From the NCBI RefSeq assembly GCF_964188315.1, contig NC_135656.1, forward strand, positions 31,248,001 through 31,312,000: a DNA stretch of 64,000 nt. The letters run 5' to 3'. How positions within the stretch are numbered: position 1 is the first letter of the stretch; every line of letters starts with the position of its first letter. Made by a program: the position numbers and the translations under genes. This document shows positions 12,581 through 24,500 of this stretch, one piece after another. The notes beneath the pieces were generated by a model, which was given only the letters and a program-made list of their open reading frames with translations, was not told where the DNA came from and ran no database searches. The DNA is from Podarcis muralis. Taxonomy: Eukaryota.

Positions 12581-15500
12581 TCAGCCTCTTGAAATCATTT
12601 TCAAAATCACCTGGAACATCAAGAAAGAATATGTTTCCCTTGCATAACAAATTGGTTCAACACTGAAGCTTCTCACTCATCATCGGGAGTGTGTTGTGAT
12701 TATAAAGTTGGCCTGAGCAGGAACTACCTCCCACACACTTCCCAAATTCCATAGTATTTACATAGCTCCTTTGTGTTTCAGAGACACATGTATATTCCAC
12801 ATTGCTGGGGTAAGTGTGTGAATATTCCAGACACATGGGTGTGTCTAAATTCAGGGATTTCCCCCACCTGATCAGCGCCACAACTAATGTTGAAGACCCA
12901 TGTGATCAGCCTCAGCCACATTGTTGGAATATTTTCACACTAAGCTCCATAGTAATGTGAGATCACACTACAAGTGGCTCCCATGCTGTTGGATATTTGC
13001 ATGACGGAGGCTTTATCGCCCATTCCATTTTTGACTTCACACTAGATTTGGACATTACATGACAATGGCAAAGCTTATACATTCAGTTATAAGGATATAT
13101 GCAGAAGTCCTGTTTGTTTCAGCTACAATTAGCAGTCCTCCTTGATGCAGCATTCTGGAGATGCAGCGCATGTCATGCTCTCCCTGAAGCATTACTCCTA
13201 ACACATGGCAAGTGACAAATATACTGACAGCCACCATCATTTTATTGCAGCTCATTTGCCAGCGCCTGTTTTTCGGTCCCTGCTCCTGCCAACCTAGCAG
13301 TTCAAAAGCACGTCAAAATGCAAGTAGATAAATAGATACCACTCAGGCAGGAAGGTAAACAGCGTTTCCGTGCGCTGCTCTGGTTCGCCAGAAGCGGCTT
13401 AGTCATGCTGGCCACATGACACGAAAGCTATACGCCAGCTCCCTCGGCCAGTAAAGTGAGATGAGCGCCGCAACCCCAGAGTCGGCCACGACTGGACCTA
13501 ATGGTCAGGGATCCCTTTCCTTTACCTGGGTGAGAAAATAGTCTTCCTGGGAGAGCTTCTCAATGACATCAAAATGATCTGTGTCTCCAATGTCCAGCAA
13601 AGAGGCACTCCAGCCAGCTGCACGCAAAGCCTATGGGCAAGCAATAGGGATTTTAACAAAACTGTCCTCACCACAGTACTTGCAAGTGCCTTTACCCTAA
13701 GAGATGCATTACTCTGAAAGATGGCAGAGACTTGGGAGGAATGGGGTTGGTGGTCTCATTGATTCATAATGAAGAGCAATGGGAGATGGGAGACCAGAAG
13801 TATGAAGCAAATATTAAGTAAATGTTTTAGGCCAGGTATTGGGAACCCCTGGCCTTCCAGATGTTGCTGAACTACAGCTTCCATCAGCCATGATGAAAGG
13901 CCAGGGATGATGGGAGGATGATTCCCCTCACCTGTCTTAGGTAGTGTTCACCTTTCACACATGCATATGTGGCTCTTTAAATACACGGGTAGGAGTGTGG
14001 ATGCACATCATTTGATTCCATGGATGCATCTCTATTGTTTATTTTAAAAAACCACTTATATTCCACCAAATATTAAAGAGAGACTCAACATGGCGAACAT
14101 CAGCCAACGCACCTCAAAGTACTCCTGGGACTGTCTGTGGAACTCGGGAGAATCATGTTGTGCCACAGTGATGAGTACCTGGCAATTTCTCCTGCCCTCC
14201 AACTTAGGCACACACCTCAAAGGGCTATTCTGTAAGGCCACCTCCCTGAGGAAAGAGACACAGACCATACAGAGATGAAAGAGGGGCAGAGTGGGCTGGC
14301 TTGCTGATAAGCCAAGAAGGTAGCCATTTCTAGGCAGAGCACAATTTTGAAAGCACGTGGGTGGCACTGTGGGTTAAACCACTGACCTGACCCTAGGGCT
14401 TGCTGATCAGAAGGTTGTTGGTTCGAATCCCCGCGACGGGGTGAGCTCCCATTGCTCGGTCCCTGCTCCTGCCAACCTAGCATTTTGAAAGCACATCAAA
14501 GTGCAAGTAGATAAATAGGTACCACTCTGGCAGGAAGTTAAACGGCATTTCCATGCACTGCTCTGGTTTGCCAGAAGCGGCTTAGTCATGCTGGCCACAT
14601 GACCCGGAAGCTGTACGCTGGCTCCCTTGGCCAGTAAAGTGAGATAAGCGCCGCAACTCCAGAGTCGTCTGCGACTGGACCTAATGGTCAGGGGTCCCTT
14701 TACCTTTACCTTTACCTTTACCCCTCAAATACATGGGGAAGCAAGTAGTGTCGATTTGGAAAGGCCTGGTGTGCATGCATATGAATGGTGCTTGGGGGAC
14801 AGTATTTGTGTACACAAATTGAAAAGCCCTGTGATCTTTGGATGAAGGGCGTTATACAAATTTAATAAATAATGATCATAATAATTAGCCATGCCATCTA
14901 TTTGATACACAGTGCAGAGGAGGCAATGCATGTGTGTGTGCATGAGGGGAATATTTAGCCCTCCAAATATTGTTGGACTCTTAATTCCAGCATCCCAGCC
15001 AGCATGACCATGGCTCCCTATCGTGGGGGGGGGGGGGGGGCAAACAAACATACACGCGATCATATGGTATGGTGGAGTTAAGCAGTGTGGGGTTGTATGA
15101 ATAATGATAAAGAGTCCGATATTTAGGAAGCCGCAATGTATAACAAACAATAAATAACTCTGCTTTTATGCATTTATACCAGGATGCGGGTGGTGCTGTG
15201 GTTTAAACCACCAAGCCGCCTGGGCTTGCAGATCGGAAGGTTGGCAGATTGAATCCCTGCGAGGGGCTGAGCTCCCGTTGTTCTGTCCTAGCTCCTGCCA
15301 ATCTAGAAGTTCGAAAGCATGCCAGTGCAAGTAGATAAATAGGAACCCCTGTGGCGGGAAGGCATTTCCATGCGCTCTGGTTTCTGTCATGGTGTTCCGT
15401 TGCACCAGAAGCGGTTTAGTCATGCTGGCTACATGACCCAGAAAGCTGTCTGTGGACAAAGGCCGGCTCCCTCATCATGAAAGCAAGATGACCGCTGCAC

Positions 15501-18500
15501 CCCATAGTCACCTTTGACTGGACTTAACTGTCTGGGGGGGGTCCTTTACTTTTTACTTTTTTTAAAGTCAGACTACAGTAGGAAGGGTGATCTACAAGTG
15601 TGACTGTGTGTCTCAAAGAAATTACCATATCCCTATGCTTGCTCAACCAGCATGCTGTCAAGTTCTAAGTCAAAGATATTCAACTTAATAGGTGACTGCT
15701 AAACTGTTTCACATGATCATGAACTGCATTGTGCTGGAAGCTGAGGGACTGCTGTGCTGGGCAACACAGGTGGCGCTGTGGTCTAAACCACAGAGCCTAG
15801 GGCTTGCCAACCAGAAGGTTGGCAGTTCAAATCCCCACGACGGGGTGCGCTACCATTGTTCGGTCCCTGTTCCTGCCCACCTAGCTGTTCGAAAGCACGT
15901 CAAAGTGCAAGTAGATAAATAGGTACTGCTCCTGCGGGAAGGTAAACAGCATTTCTGTGCGCTGCTCTGGTTTGCCAGAAGCGGCTTAGTCATGCTGGCC
16001 ACATGACCCGGAAAAACTGTCTGCGGACAAACACTGGCTCCCTCGGCCTATAGAGCGAGATGAGCGCGCAACCCCAGAGTCGTCCACGACCGGACCTAAC
16101 TGTCAGGGGTACCTTTACCTTTACCTTAAACTGTTTCACATGATCCTTCATGAACTGCATTGTGCTGGAAGCTGAGGGGCTGCTGTGCTGGGCGACACAG
16201 ATCCTGCTAACCTGCCGTGGGCTGTTAACAATATTAGGCCACATGTTGGTGGGTAGGGGGCTCCCAAGGGATTCACTGCAGTTTTTCTGCCCTACATGGG
16301 TTGAGAATTCCTTTTCAAAGATGCGTCTCTCACCGGCTCATGTGCAAAACATCATTGACATAGGTGTGCGTGATGGGTTCCAAGTCATAGAGGCCACTCA
16401 CCAAAAAGGCTCCTGGGAAGGAAAAAGAGTCCATGTCTTACTGAGGCTCCAGCTTGGTGCAAGTTGGGTTGTGAAGTTTGGGCAAGGGAAAGAGGGGATG
16501 CTAGGATGTAACAAGAGCTAGGGGAGAGAATGGGATCAGTGTGTCCCAGACCGTACCTTTGATGTTTGGCACAACACCAAATTCTGCCCAATCTGTAGAG
16601 AGCACCATGGCTGCCAGGTGGGCCCCTGCTGAGTGTCCAAGCAGATAAACACCACTAAAGGCAAATGAGATGCGGTTGAAATGAGCAGGTGAGAAGTTTT
16701 GAGGGTGTCGGACGGAGTAGAATTGCCAGAGGAAAGCTATCCAGGGCCTCCATAAACCCTGTAGGGCTTCGGCAGGGTATGACAGGCCCCATGGTCTCTT
16801 TTCCCCAAGGTGCTCTGTGTTTTCACCCTGTCTGCACCTCCTACCTGATCCCTGTGTACTGCTGAACTGCGAAGGCCACGCTGCGTCGGACTTGCTTCAC
16901 CATCACCTCCAGCTGGCCTGAGCACAAACCACAATATCCAGGTTAGACATGAGATGCCAAGGAGAGCAGAACAGGAAAACGGTTTGCCCCATAGTTGCAT
17001 ACCTTTGGGAGCCACATCGTAGCCAACTGCAGCCAAGGCAACGCCGTGGGTCGCTAGGGGCCCCGCAGCAAAGCCTGAAGCATCTTTGCTAGAGGAGGAG
17101 AAAGAGAACAGCAGTCCCAAATGGTTCTGCTAGGTGGGACATCATCCCACTGGGGTCCTGCAGTCAAAGGACCAGGGCCTAGGCAACCTCCAGCACAACT
17201 CACCTCAGGAATTGCCAGTAGCCGCCATGGATATAGAGGACCAGGGGGAAGGCTGAAAAGGCAACCGGGAGAAAGAACCAGGCAGCAAAGACCATCACTT
17301 AGCACAAACTCCCACTAATGTACCACCCCTCGCTTTCTGACGTTGGCTCTTCGCCACAACCAGCACTTCACCAACATCCCAGTTTCCCGATCATTCCCAT
17401 GCTGCTCCTGTACTCTTACTTTCAGTGTGTTCCTTAGGAAGATACACATCAAGCTTCTCTCCCTCGCCCAACCCGTAGGGCACATTCAGCAGAGTTTGGG
17501 TGCCAATCTGGGCACGGCGGGTACCTGCAGAGCAGAGGAAGGCACAGAGAGATGGAAGTCCACAGCTTGCCTGGCCACATCTGGGCTGCCCTACCACACT
17601 CCAGAGGAGTTTTCAGATTGTCGGTGCCTGTCCTCGTTCAAAACTTCGGAAAACTGGGGTAGGCTTTGCCACCTCTATACAGGCCCATTCTTAAGGAAAT
17701 TATCCCTGAGTGTTCACTGGAAGGACAGATCCTGAAGCTGAGACTCCAATACTTTGGCCACCTCATGAGAAGAGAAGACTCCCTGGAAAAGACCCTGATG
17801 TTGGGAAAGATGGAGGGCACAAGGAGAAGGGGACGACAGAGGACAAGATGGTTGGACAGTGTTCTCGAAGCTATCAGCATGAGTTTGACCAAACTGTGGG
17901 AGGCAGTGGAAGACAGGAGTGCCTGGTGTGCTCTGGTCCATGGGGTCACGAAGAGTCGGACACAACTAAATGACTAAACAACAACAACAAAGCAGACATT
18001 CTGGGGGAATTTTCATTGCTCCTCACCACTATGAGATGAACACGACGAAACGACTAAACAACAATACAGTCCCAAGGGGAAGAAACCTTCCTCGCAAGTT
18101 CCAAAGGAGTGCCTTCTTTCCAATCCCTCTTCAGAACCTCCTGTGAGATTTTGCCCTCTCTTGCACTGGAGGTGAGCTGGCCCACTAGAACTTCTGTGGC
18201 CAGAGTGCATCCTCAGGGTTGCTTAACTGCTAAAGCATAACTGATTCATGTTCAGTGACCCTGGGTATGCAGTCTTGCTTAAGGATAAACATGCCCTTCT
18301 TGCTGGATCAGTACCAGGTCCACCAACTCTAGGGCTCTTTGCAAGAATGCCAACAACCAGCTGGCCCTGGGAGATCTGTTGGAAGTTAGTGGCCCCTTGG
18401 TGATCTGCCCGCTCCCATCCCACTTATTGCCAGGTAGTGGACTGCCCAGGGACCCTTTACCTTCGCTCATTGCCTGTACGTGAGCCTCAATCACAGCATC

Positions 18501-21500
18501 TGCATCCAGCCGGGGAGACCACCTGCTAGGGGAGTACTGCTTCTCCAGCTCCTGCAGAGAGAGGAAGCAAGGCACCTTGCACAGCCACAGTGGCGGCCCT
18601 CTTTTCACTCAGAGTAAGGTGACTAGGGCGCTGAGTAGAAACACAGGCAGACTGGGTGCCAAACGAAGCATTGCTAAGTAAGTAGCATGCAGCTATGCAT
18701 TTCTTACTTAATAACAGGCACGCCATGGAAGAAGAAGAAGGTTTCTCAAACGAACCTTCATTATTAGAAAAAGTGTTATTACAAAACAAAACTAAGGTAA
18801 TATCAAAAATGTATGATACATTATTGGAGTGGGAGGTCAAAGACGAACAGGTCAAGGAGGTAATGATATTGGGAAAACCATTAACTTAACAGCATGGGAA
18901 GAATTATGGAGAAAGAACAGGAAATTTACAGCCTGTGAAGTAATGGGGGGAAATCTAATCAAGATGTTTTATAGATGGTACTTAACACCTACCAAAATAG
19001 CTAAAATGTATAAGACAAAAACAAATCTGTGTTGGAGGTGTGGTAAAACAGAGGGGACACTTATACATGTTTGATGGACCTGTGAAAAAAATCAAAAGCT
19101 TCTGGAACATAGTATATGACAATCTTAAAAAAATGTTTAAGTATAACTTTATAAAAAATACAGAAGCTTCTCTACTAGGGATAACGGACGCAGGTATAGC
19201 AAGAGAAGATCAGAAAATATTCCTCTGTGCTACAGGAGCGGCAAGGATCCTAATTGCTAAAAACTGGAAAAAAGAAATTGTGCTAACAAAAATGGAATGG
19301 CAAGACAAACTGTTAGAGTATATTGAACTGGCTAGATTAACAGAGGCAATTAGAGATCAAACTAGACAAGAATTTCAAAAAGCATGGGGAAAATGCAGAG
19401 AATACTTTACAAAACAGTGCCCTAAAATTCATACCTGGACTTGTTTTCATCAATGTCTGCAGGAGACTTTGTGGATATTTAAGTTATAATTAGGAAAATC
19501 TTAATGATTATTCATAAAGGAAACCGCTTATAAGAAGTAAATAAGGATGCCAGAAACAGGATAAAGGAAGTCTTTTATTTGGTTGTTTGTATTGTTGTAA
19601 ATTATGCTTGTTGTTTGTTATGTTTGTGTCTGAAGGGGGTGGATTTCTGTGTTGGGGGGGTTGTGTTATGTTGTAAATAAAATTTCCAATAAAAAAATAT
19701 ATTTTTTTAAAAAAGGAAGAAGAGTTTGGATTTGATATCCCGCTTTATCACTACCCAAAGGAGTCTCAAAGCAGCTAACCATCTCCTTTCCCTTCCTCCC
19801 TCACAACAAACAGTCTGTGAGGTGAGTGGGGCTGAGAGACTTCAGAGAAGTGTGACTGGCCCAAGGTCACCCAGCAGCTGCATGTGGAGGAGCGGAGAAC
19901 CGAACCCAGTTCACCAGATTACGAGACTACCGCTCTTAACCACTACACCACACTGGCTTTCATGGAGCAGGGATCCCTGTCAGGAAGGCAGTGCATGGGG
20001 ACAGGGGAGAACTTACCAAATGAACCAACCCCACCCTGCACAGCTAAGAAGAAACCTTAGGGGTAAAAGTTCCCATTGATGTTGTGCATATTGAACACAA
20101 CCCTGCAAAGATTTGGGTATTGCTGAGACCACCCTGAAAAATGCAGCTGCTCGATTTAGACATATCTCTGCTTTCAGGATAATGTATGTTTATCTTTCGA
20201 ACGTTGCCCAACAGTTCTTCCTCCCACATTTCCCCTTGTGTATATCATTTCCATTTCCACATATCTGATGTACAAAAGCAATATATCTGCTAGTCCTCTA
20301 TGCAAGGGTGACTAATGATTAGTATTCTGGGTGTTGTTTGACTCTCATCAGCTCCGGCCAGCATAGCCAACAGTCAGAGATGATGAGTATCCATCCACAT
20401 CTTGAGGGGCCAGGGGTTTGCCATCTTCATCTTAAAGGAGACTTTGTCAGCATCAGTGTAACACAGTTTCTAGAACAGGCATAGGCAAACTCGGCCCTCC
20501 AGATGTTTTGGGACTACAACTCCCATCATCCCTAGCTAATAGGACCAGTGGTCAAGGATGATGGGAGTTGTAGTCCCAAAACATCTGGAGGGCCGAGTTT
20601 GCCTATGCCTGTTCTAGAAGTTCTTTTTCTCGAGGACGTCTCAAATCTTTTCCTGGCTGTAACCACCAAACTCACACAAAACAAGATCTTTCAAAATCTC
20701 TCACACACAGAGGTAATACCATTCCTTCCACCCCCTCCTTTACCTCCTTGGTCATTTCCTGCCACTTTCCCATGTCACCGGCTCAGATGTGGCCTATGCT
20801 GTATCTTCTTACATCCAAGTTTTCTGTGCTGCAGAGCAACTAGTTAGAAGAGCCAGCCATGTGACCCAATTCAGCCTCTGGGTACAAAGTGTAGAACAGA
20901 TCAGGTGTTCCTCCTTGGCCACTGGTTGCTCCATGAGCTGGGGCAGGGTGGGGGGAGAGAAAACCCTGACATAGGGAACTATGCTCTCTGCAAATAAACA
21001 AATCCGTGCTAGGATTTAGGTGGAGGTCAGTCGTATTCGCTCTCAGCACTGACTCCAGAACAGCTATCCCGAGGCAACTGATATCGTCCAGTTACAAGAC
21101 ACAAGCTCAAATCCGTGCACAAAATCAGGGGAAGCTATTTTTGTAGCCAGGTAATTCCCCCCCATCCCAGCCAAAAACAAAAACAAACAAACAAACTCTT
21201 TTTGAGAAGTGATCTTTAAAACTTGCTCACACTGGGGAAACCCAGCCAGATAGGTGGGATATAATAATTTATTATTATTATTATACTCAGAAAAAGATTT
21301 ACCCAATGTAGCAATTCTTGTACTTTCCAATGCACTTAACAAACAACAACCATTGATGCAGACTCTCAGCTCAGTTCGAGGAATACTATTTTTGGATCTG
21401 TGTCCTGGCTGCCAAAGTATGTAAGATCAAAGCGACCTCAGAAATGCTTTAAGCAGCATAACCCACTTAGAAAGGAACAGAACTCCTGAATAGCTCCGGT

Positions 21501-24500
21501 TTCCATAGTTTCTCATTGCCTCTTTTTTAGTTATGACGGCGGTGTGCTGCGAAACAACTCTGCAATCCCTCCCTTCTCCTCGGATTCAAATGCACTTTTC
21601 TCCCGCTGTTGTAAAAATGCAGAGTGAGTCTGAGAAAGTACCTCCTCACACATATTTGCATAATGCGGCTCCTTTGAAAATGGAGTGAATTTTGCTCCTG
21701 CAAATGGGGGTGGTGGTGGTGAGGTCAGGTTGTGCAGACATACCAGCGGAAGTGTCTGAATGGGTCTTCTGGTGGGTCCTGGCAGCCCCAACTTCACTGC
21801 CACCCTACCCGGCCTATGTCAAGAGGGCTGATCTACAGTGCTGCTGCATCATGCTGGCCACTCCTAGGCATTAAGTATGCAACAAAATGTTGCTGCATGA
21901 AAAATACTCTGAGTCGAGTGGATTTCATGCTCTTTATTCAGCTCATAGTGGTGAGGAGCAATGAAAATTCCCCCAGAATGTCTGCTTTGTTGTTGTTGTT
22001 TAGTCATTTAGTCGTGTCCGACTCTTCGTGACCCCATGGACCAGAGCACGCCAGGCACTCCTGTCTTCCACTGCCTCCTGCAGTTTAGTCAAACTCATGC
22101 TGATAGCTTCGAGAACACTATCCAACCATCTTGTCCTCTGTCGTCCCCTTCTCCTTGTGCCCTCCATCTTTCCCAACATCAGGGTCTTTTCCAGGGAGTC
22201 TTCTCTTCTCATGAGGTGGCCAAAGTATTGGAGTCTCAGCTTCAGGATCTGTCCTTCCAGTGAGCACTCAGGGCTGATTTCCTTCAGAATGGATAGGTTT
22301 GATCTTCTTGCAGTCCATGGGACTCTCAAGAGTCTCCTCCAGCACCATAATTCAAAAGCATCCATTCTTCGTCAATCAGCCTTCTTTATGGTCCAGCTCT
22401 CACTTCCATACATCACTACTGGGAAAACCATAGCTTTAACTATACAGACCTTTATCTGCTTTATATACATTATTTACACAATGGGCCCCATGTGATTGGC
22501 TAATTCTGGGATTCACCTGTAGGCCAATCTGGTTGCGGATTCACTTCCACCTGGAGCTGGATTGGGTGGCTCCTGTGGACCAATCAGACTGCTGCATTCT
22601 GAATCCTATTGTTCTAGGACCAATCAGACTGCTGCCTTTTGGATCCTATTCAACTCAGTACATAACACTGCATGGTGTTCCACTCAGCCACCCCTTCTCC
22701 CAGGATACTCCATTCCATCCCCGCAAGCTTTCCTACATTTCTCCTCCCATCAGTTAGCATTCCATACCCACCAAGCATTTTCAATCCTCACTGGGTTGGT
22801 TTTGGTGTCCATCCACCCTTTTCGGGACTTCTGCAAACCTTGTGTCTTCCTCCAAGCCTGCCGATACCTTCCTCATGTTGTGGATGGTGCAGTTTTGGCT
22901 GCATCAAGACAAACAGTCAGGAATGAATGAACTATTAGTATTGGATGTCTACCTGCCTGCTACAGGGATGAGAAATCTGCCCCCCTTCCAATGTTGCTGG
23001 TCTGCAACTTCTTTCAGCCCCAGCTACCATGGCACTGATGAGGGTGATGTGATTGTCGTCTGGTTACATCCAGAGGGCCACAGATTCCCTGTCCCTAACC
23101 TGCTAAATCCAGGTATTTAAAAGAACAAAGTGTCTGGTTTAATTTCTCCACAAATAGCTAAGGCAGTTTGATGGGGCTTTGGTTCTGTGAAACTATGGCA
23201 TAAAACCTCTCCTATCCTGGGTCCCCCAATTCTCGGCTGTTTTGCTGCCACTATTCATCGCTCTGTTCTTATTCCTTCCTTCTTCAGATCTTAGCTAAAA
23301 TCCCTCATCTGACCCTTCCCACCTTTGCTGATGTGTTCCAGTCACAATATAATCAACTCATTATAACATTTTTCACTCGGCAAAGCTTTCAAGATTGTTA
23401 TGCTGTGAAATGAGCTAGTTCACTGTGAGCGGGGGTGTGGGGAATCTCATCTGAGAAGAAATTTAAGAAGGAGACAGGCAGGACACCCCTTAAATAAACC
23501 TTATGAGAGAAGCAATTATCCTTGCTAACAAGAAGATTCCCAAAAGGCCAGAAGGTTATATTTGATAACATTAACAACAATGTTGTGCTAGTGAGCTTAT
23601 TATGCAAATATACCAAGAAATATGCCAAACCTCACTGTGAAACACTCCAATTTTTTTCCTTATAAACGAACACATCAGTAATTATAATAGCTTTCACATT
23701 GCAAATCCCTGTTAGGTGCTGTTTTCCCATTTTATGATTCAAATGGGACAGCTGTTTAATCACATCTGGGGAAAAATGTGAAAAAGAAAATTAGTTAGCA
23801 TGCAGTACTATCGTACTATGGCAGCTGCTGGATAATCAGCAACCGGTAGATAGTGTGTGGGTTGAATTTTTTTTGGGGGGGGGGGATCTAGTCTTAACAC
23901 GTTTAACACTCTACTGCAGCCTATACAAGAAATAATAAAGAACTAGAACATGGTGATCAATTTTGCTACTTTCCTGCAGTATTCAGTGTCAGTTGTAAAT
24001 TGATAGATTATTTTTAAAAAAGAAACACATTCCCCAGTATCTAAAAAAATATATTGGAAGTCAATTTTCTATTTTTATAAGGGAGGCTGTGTGAAGGAAA
24101 TTTTAGAGAAAGACCAAAGAAAAGTAGATATATCATACATGTATGATGTGGCTAAAAGAGATGTCCTGGAGTGAAATTATCAATGAAGATCAAGTATGTA
24201 CAGTGTACCTCGGGTTACAGACGCTTCATGTTACAGACTCCGCTAACCCAGAAATAGTACCTCGGTTTAAGAACTTTGCTTCGGGACGAAAACAGAAATC
24301 GCGCAGCAGTGGCGCGGCGGCAGCAGGAGGCCCATTAGCTAAAGCGGTGCTTCAGGTTAAAAACAGTTTCAGGTTAAGAACGGACCTCCGGAACGAATTA
24401 AGTTCTTAACCCGAGGTACCACTGTATGTCCCTGACAAGTAGAAAGAAATTGAGTTATTGAGGAAGAATGTCTCTCTAGACCAGGGTGGTCCAACTTTTC

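Noticed and set aside
18829-19489. Novel zinc-knuckle protein
   Set aside because: It is a frameshifted L1 ORF2 C-terminus.
21022-21056. Small hairpin as an ncRNA or snoRNA
   Set aside because: Only a 9-bp stem, with no C/D or H/ACA boxes or known family recognised.
17638-22495. ORFs of 83-155 aa at 17.6-18.0 kb and 22.0-22.5 kb as novel genes
   Set aside because: These are sense and antisense frames of BovB fragments.
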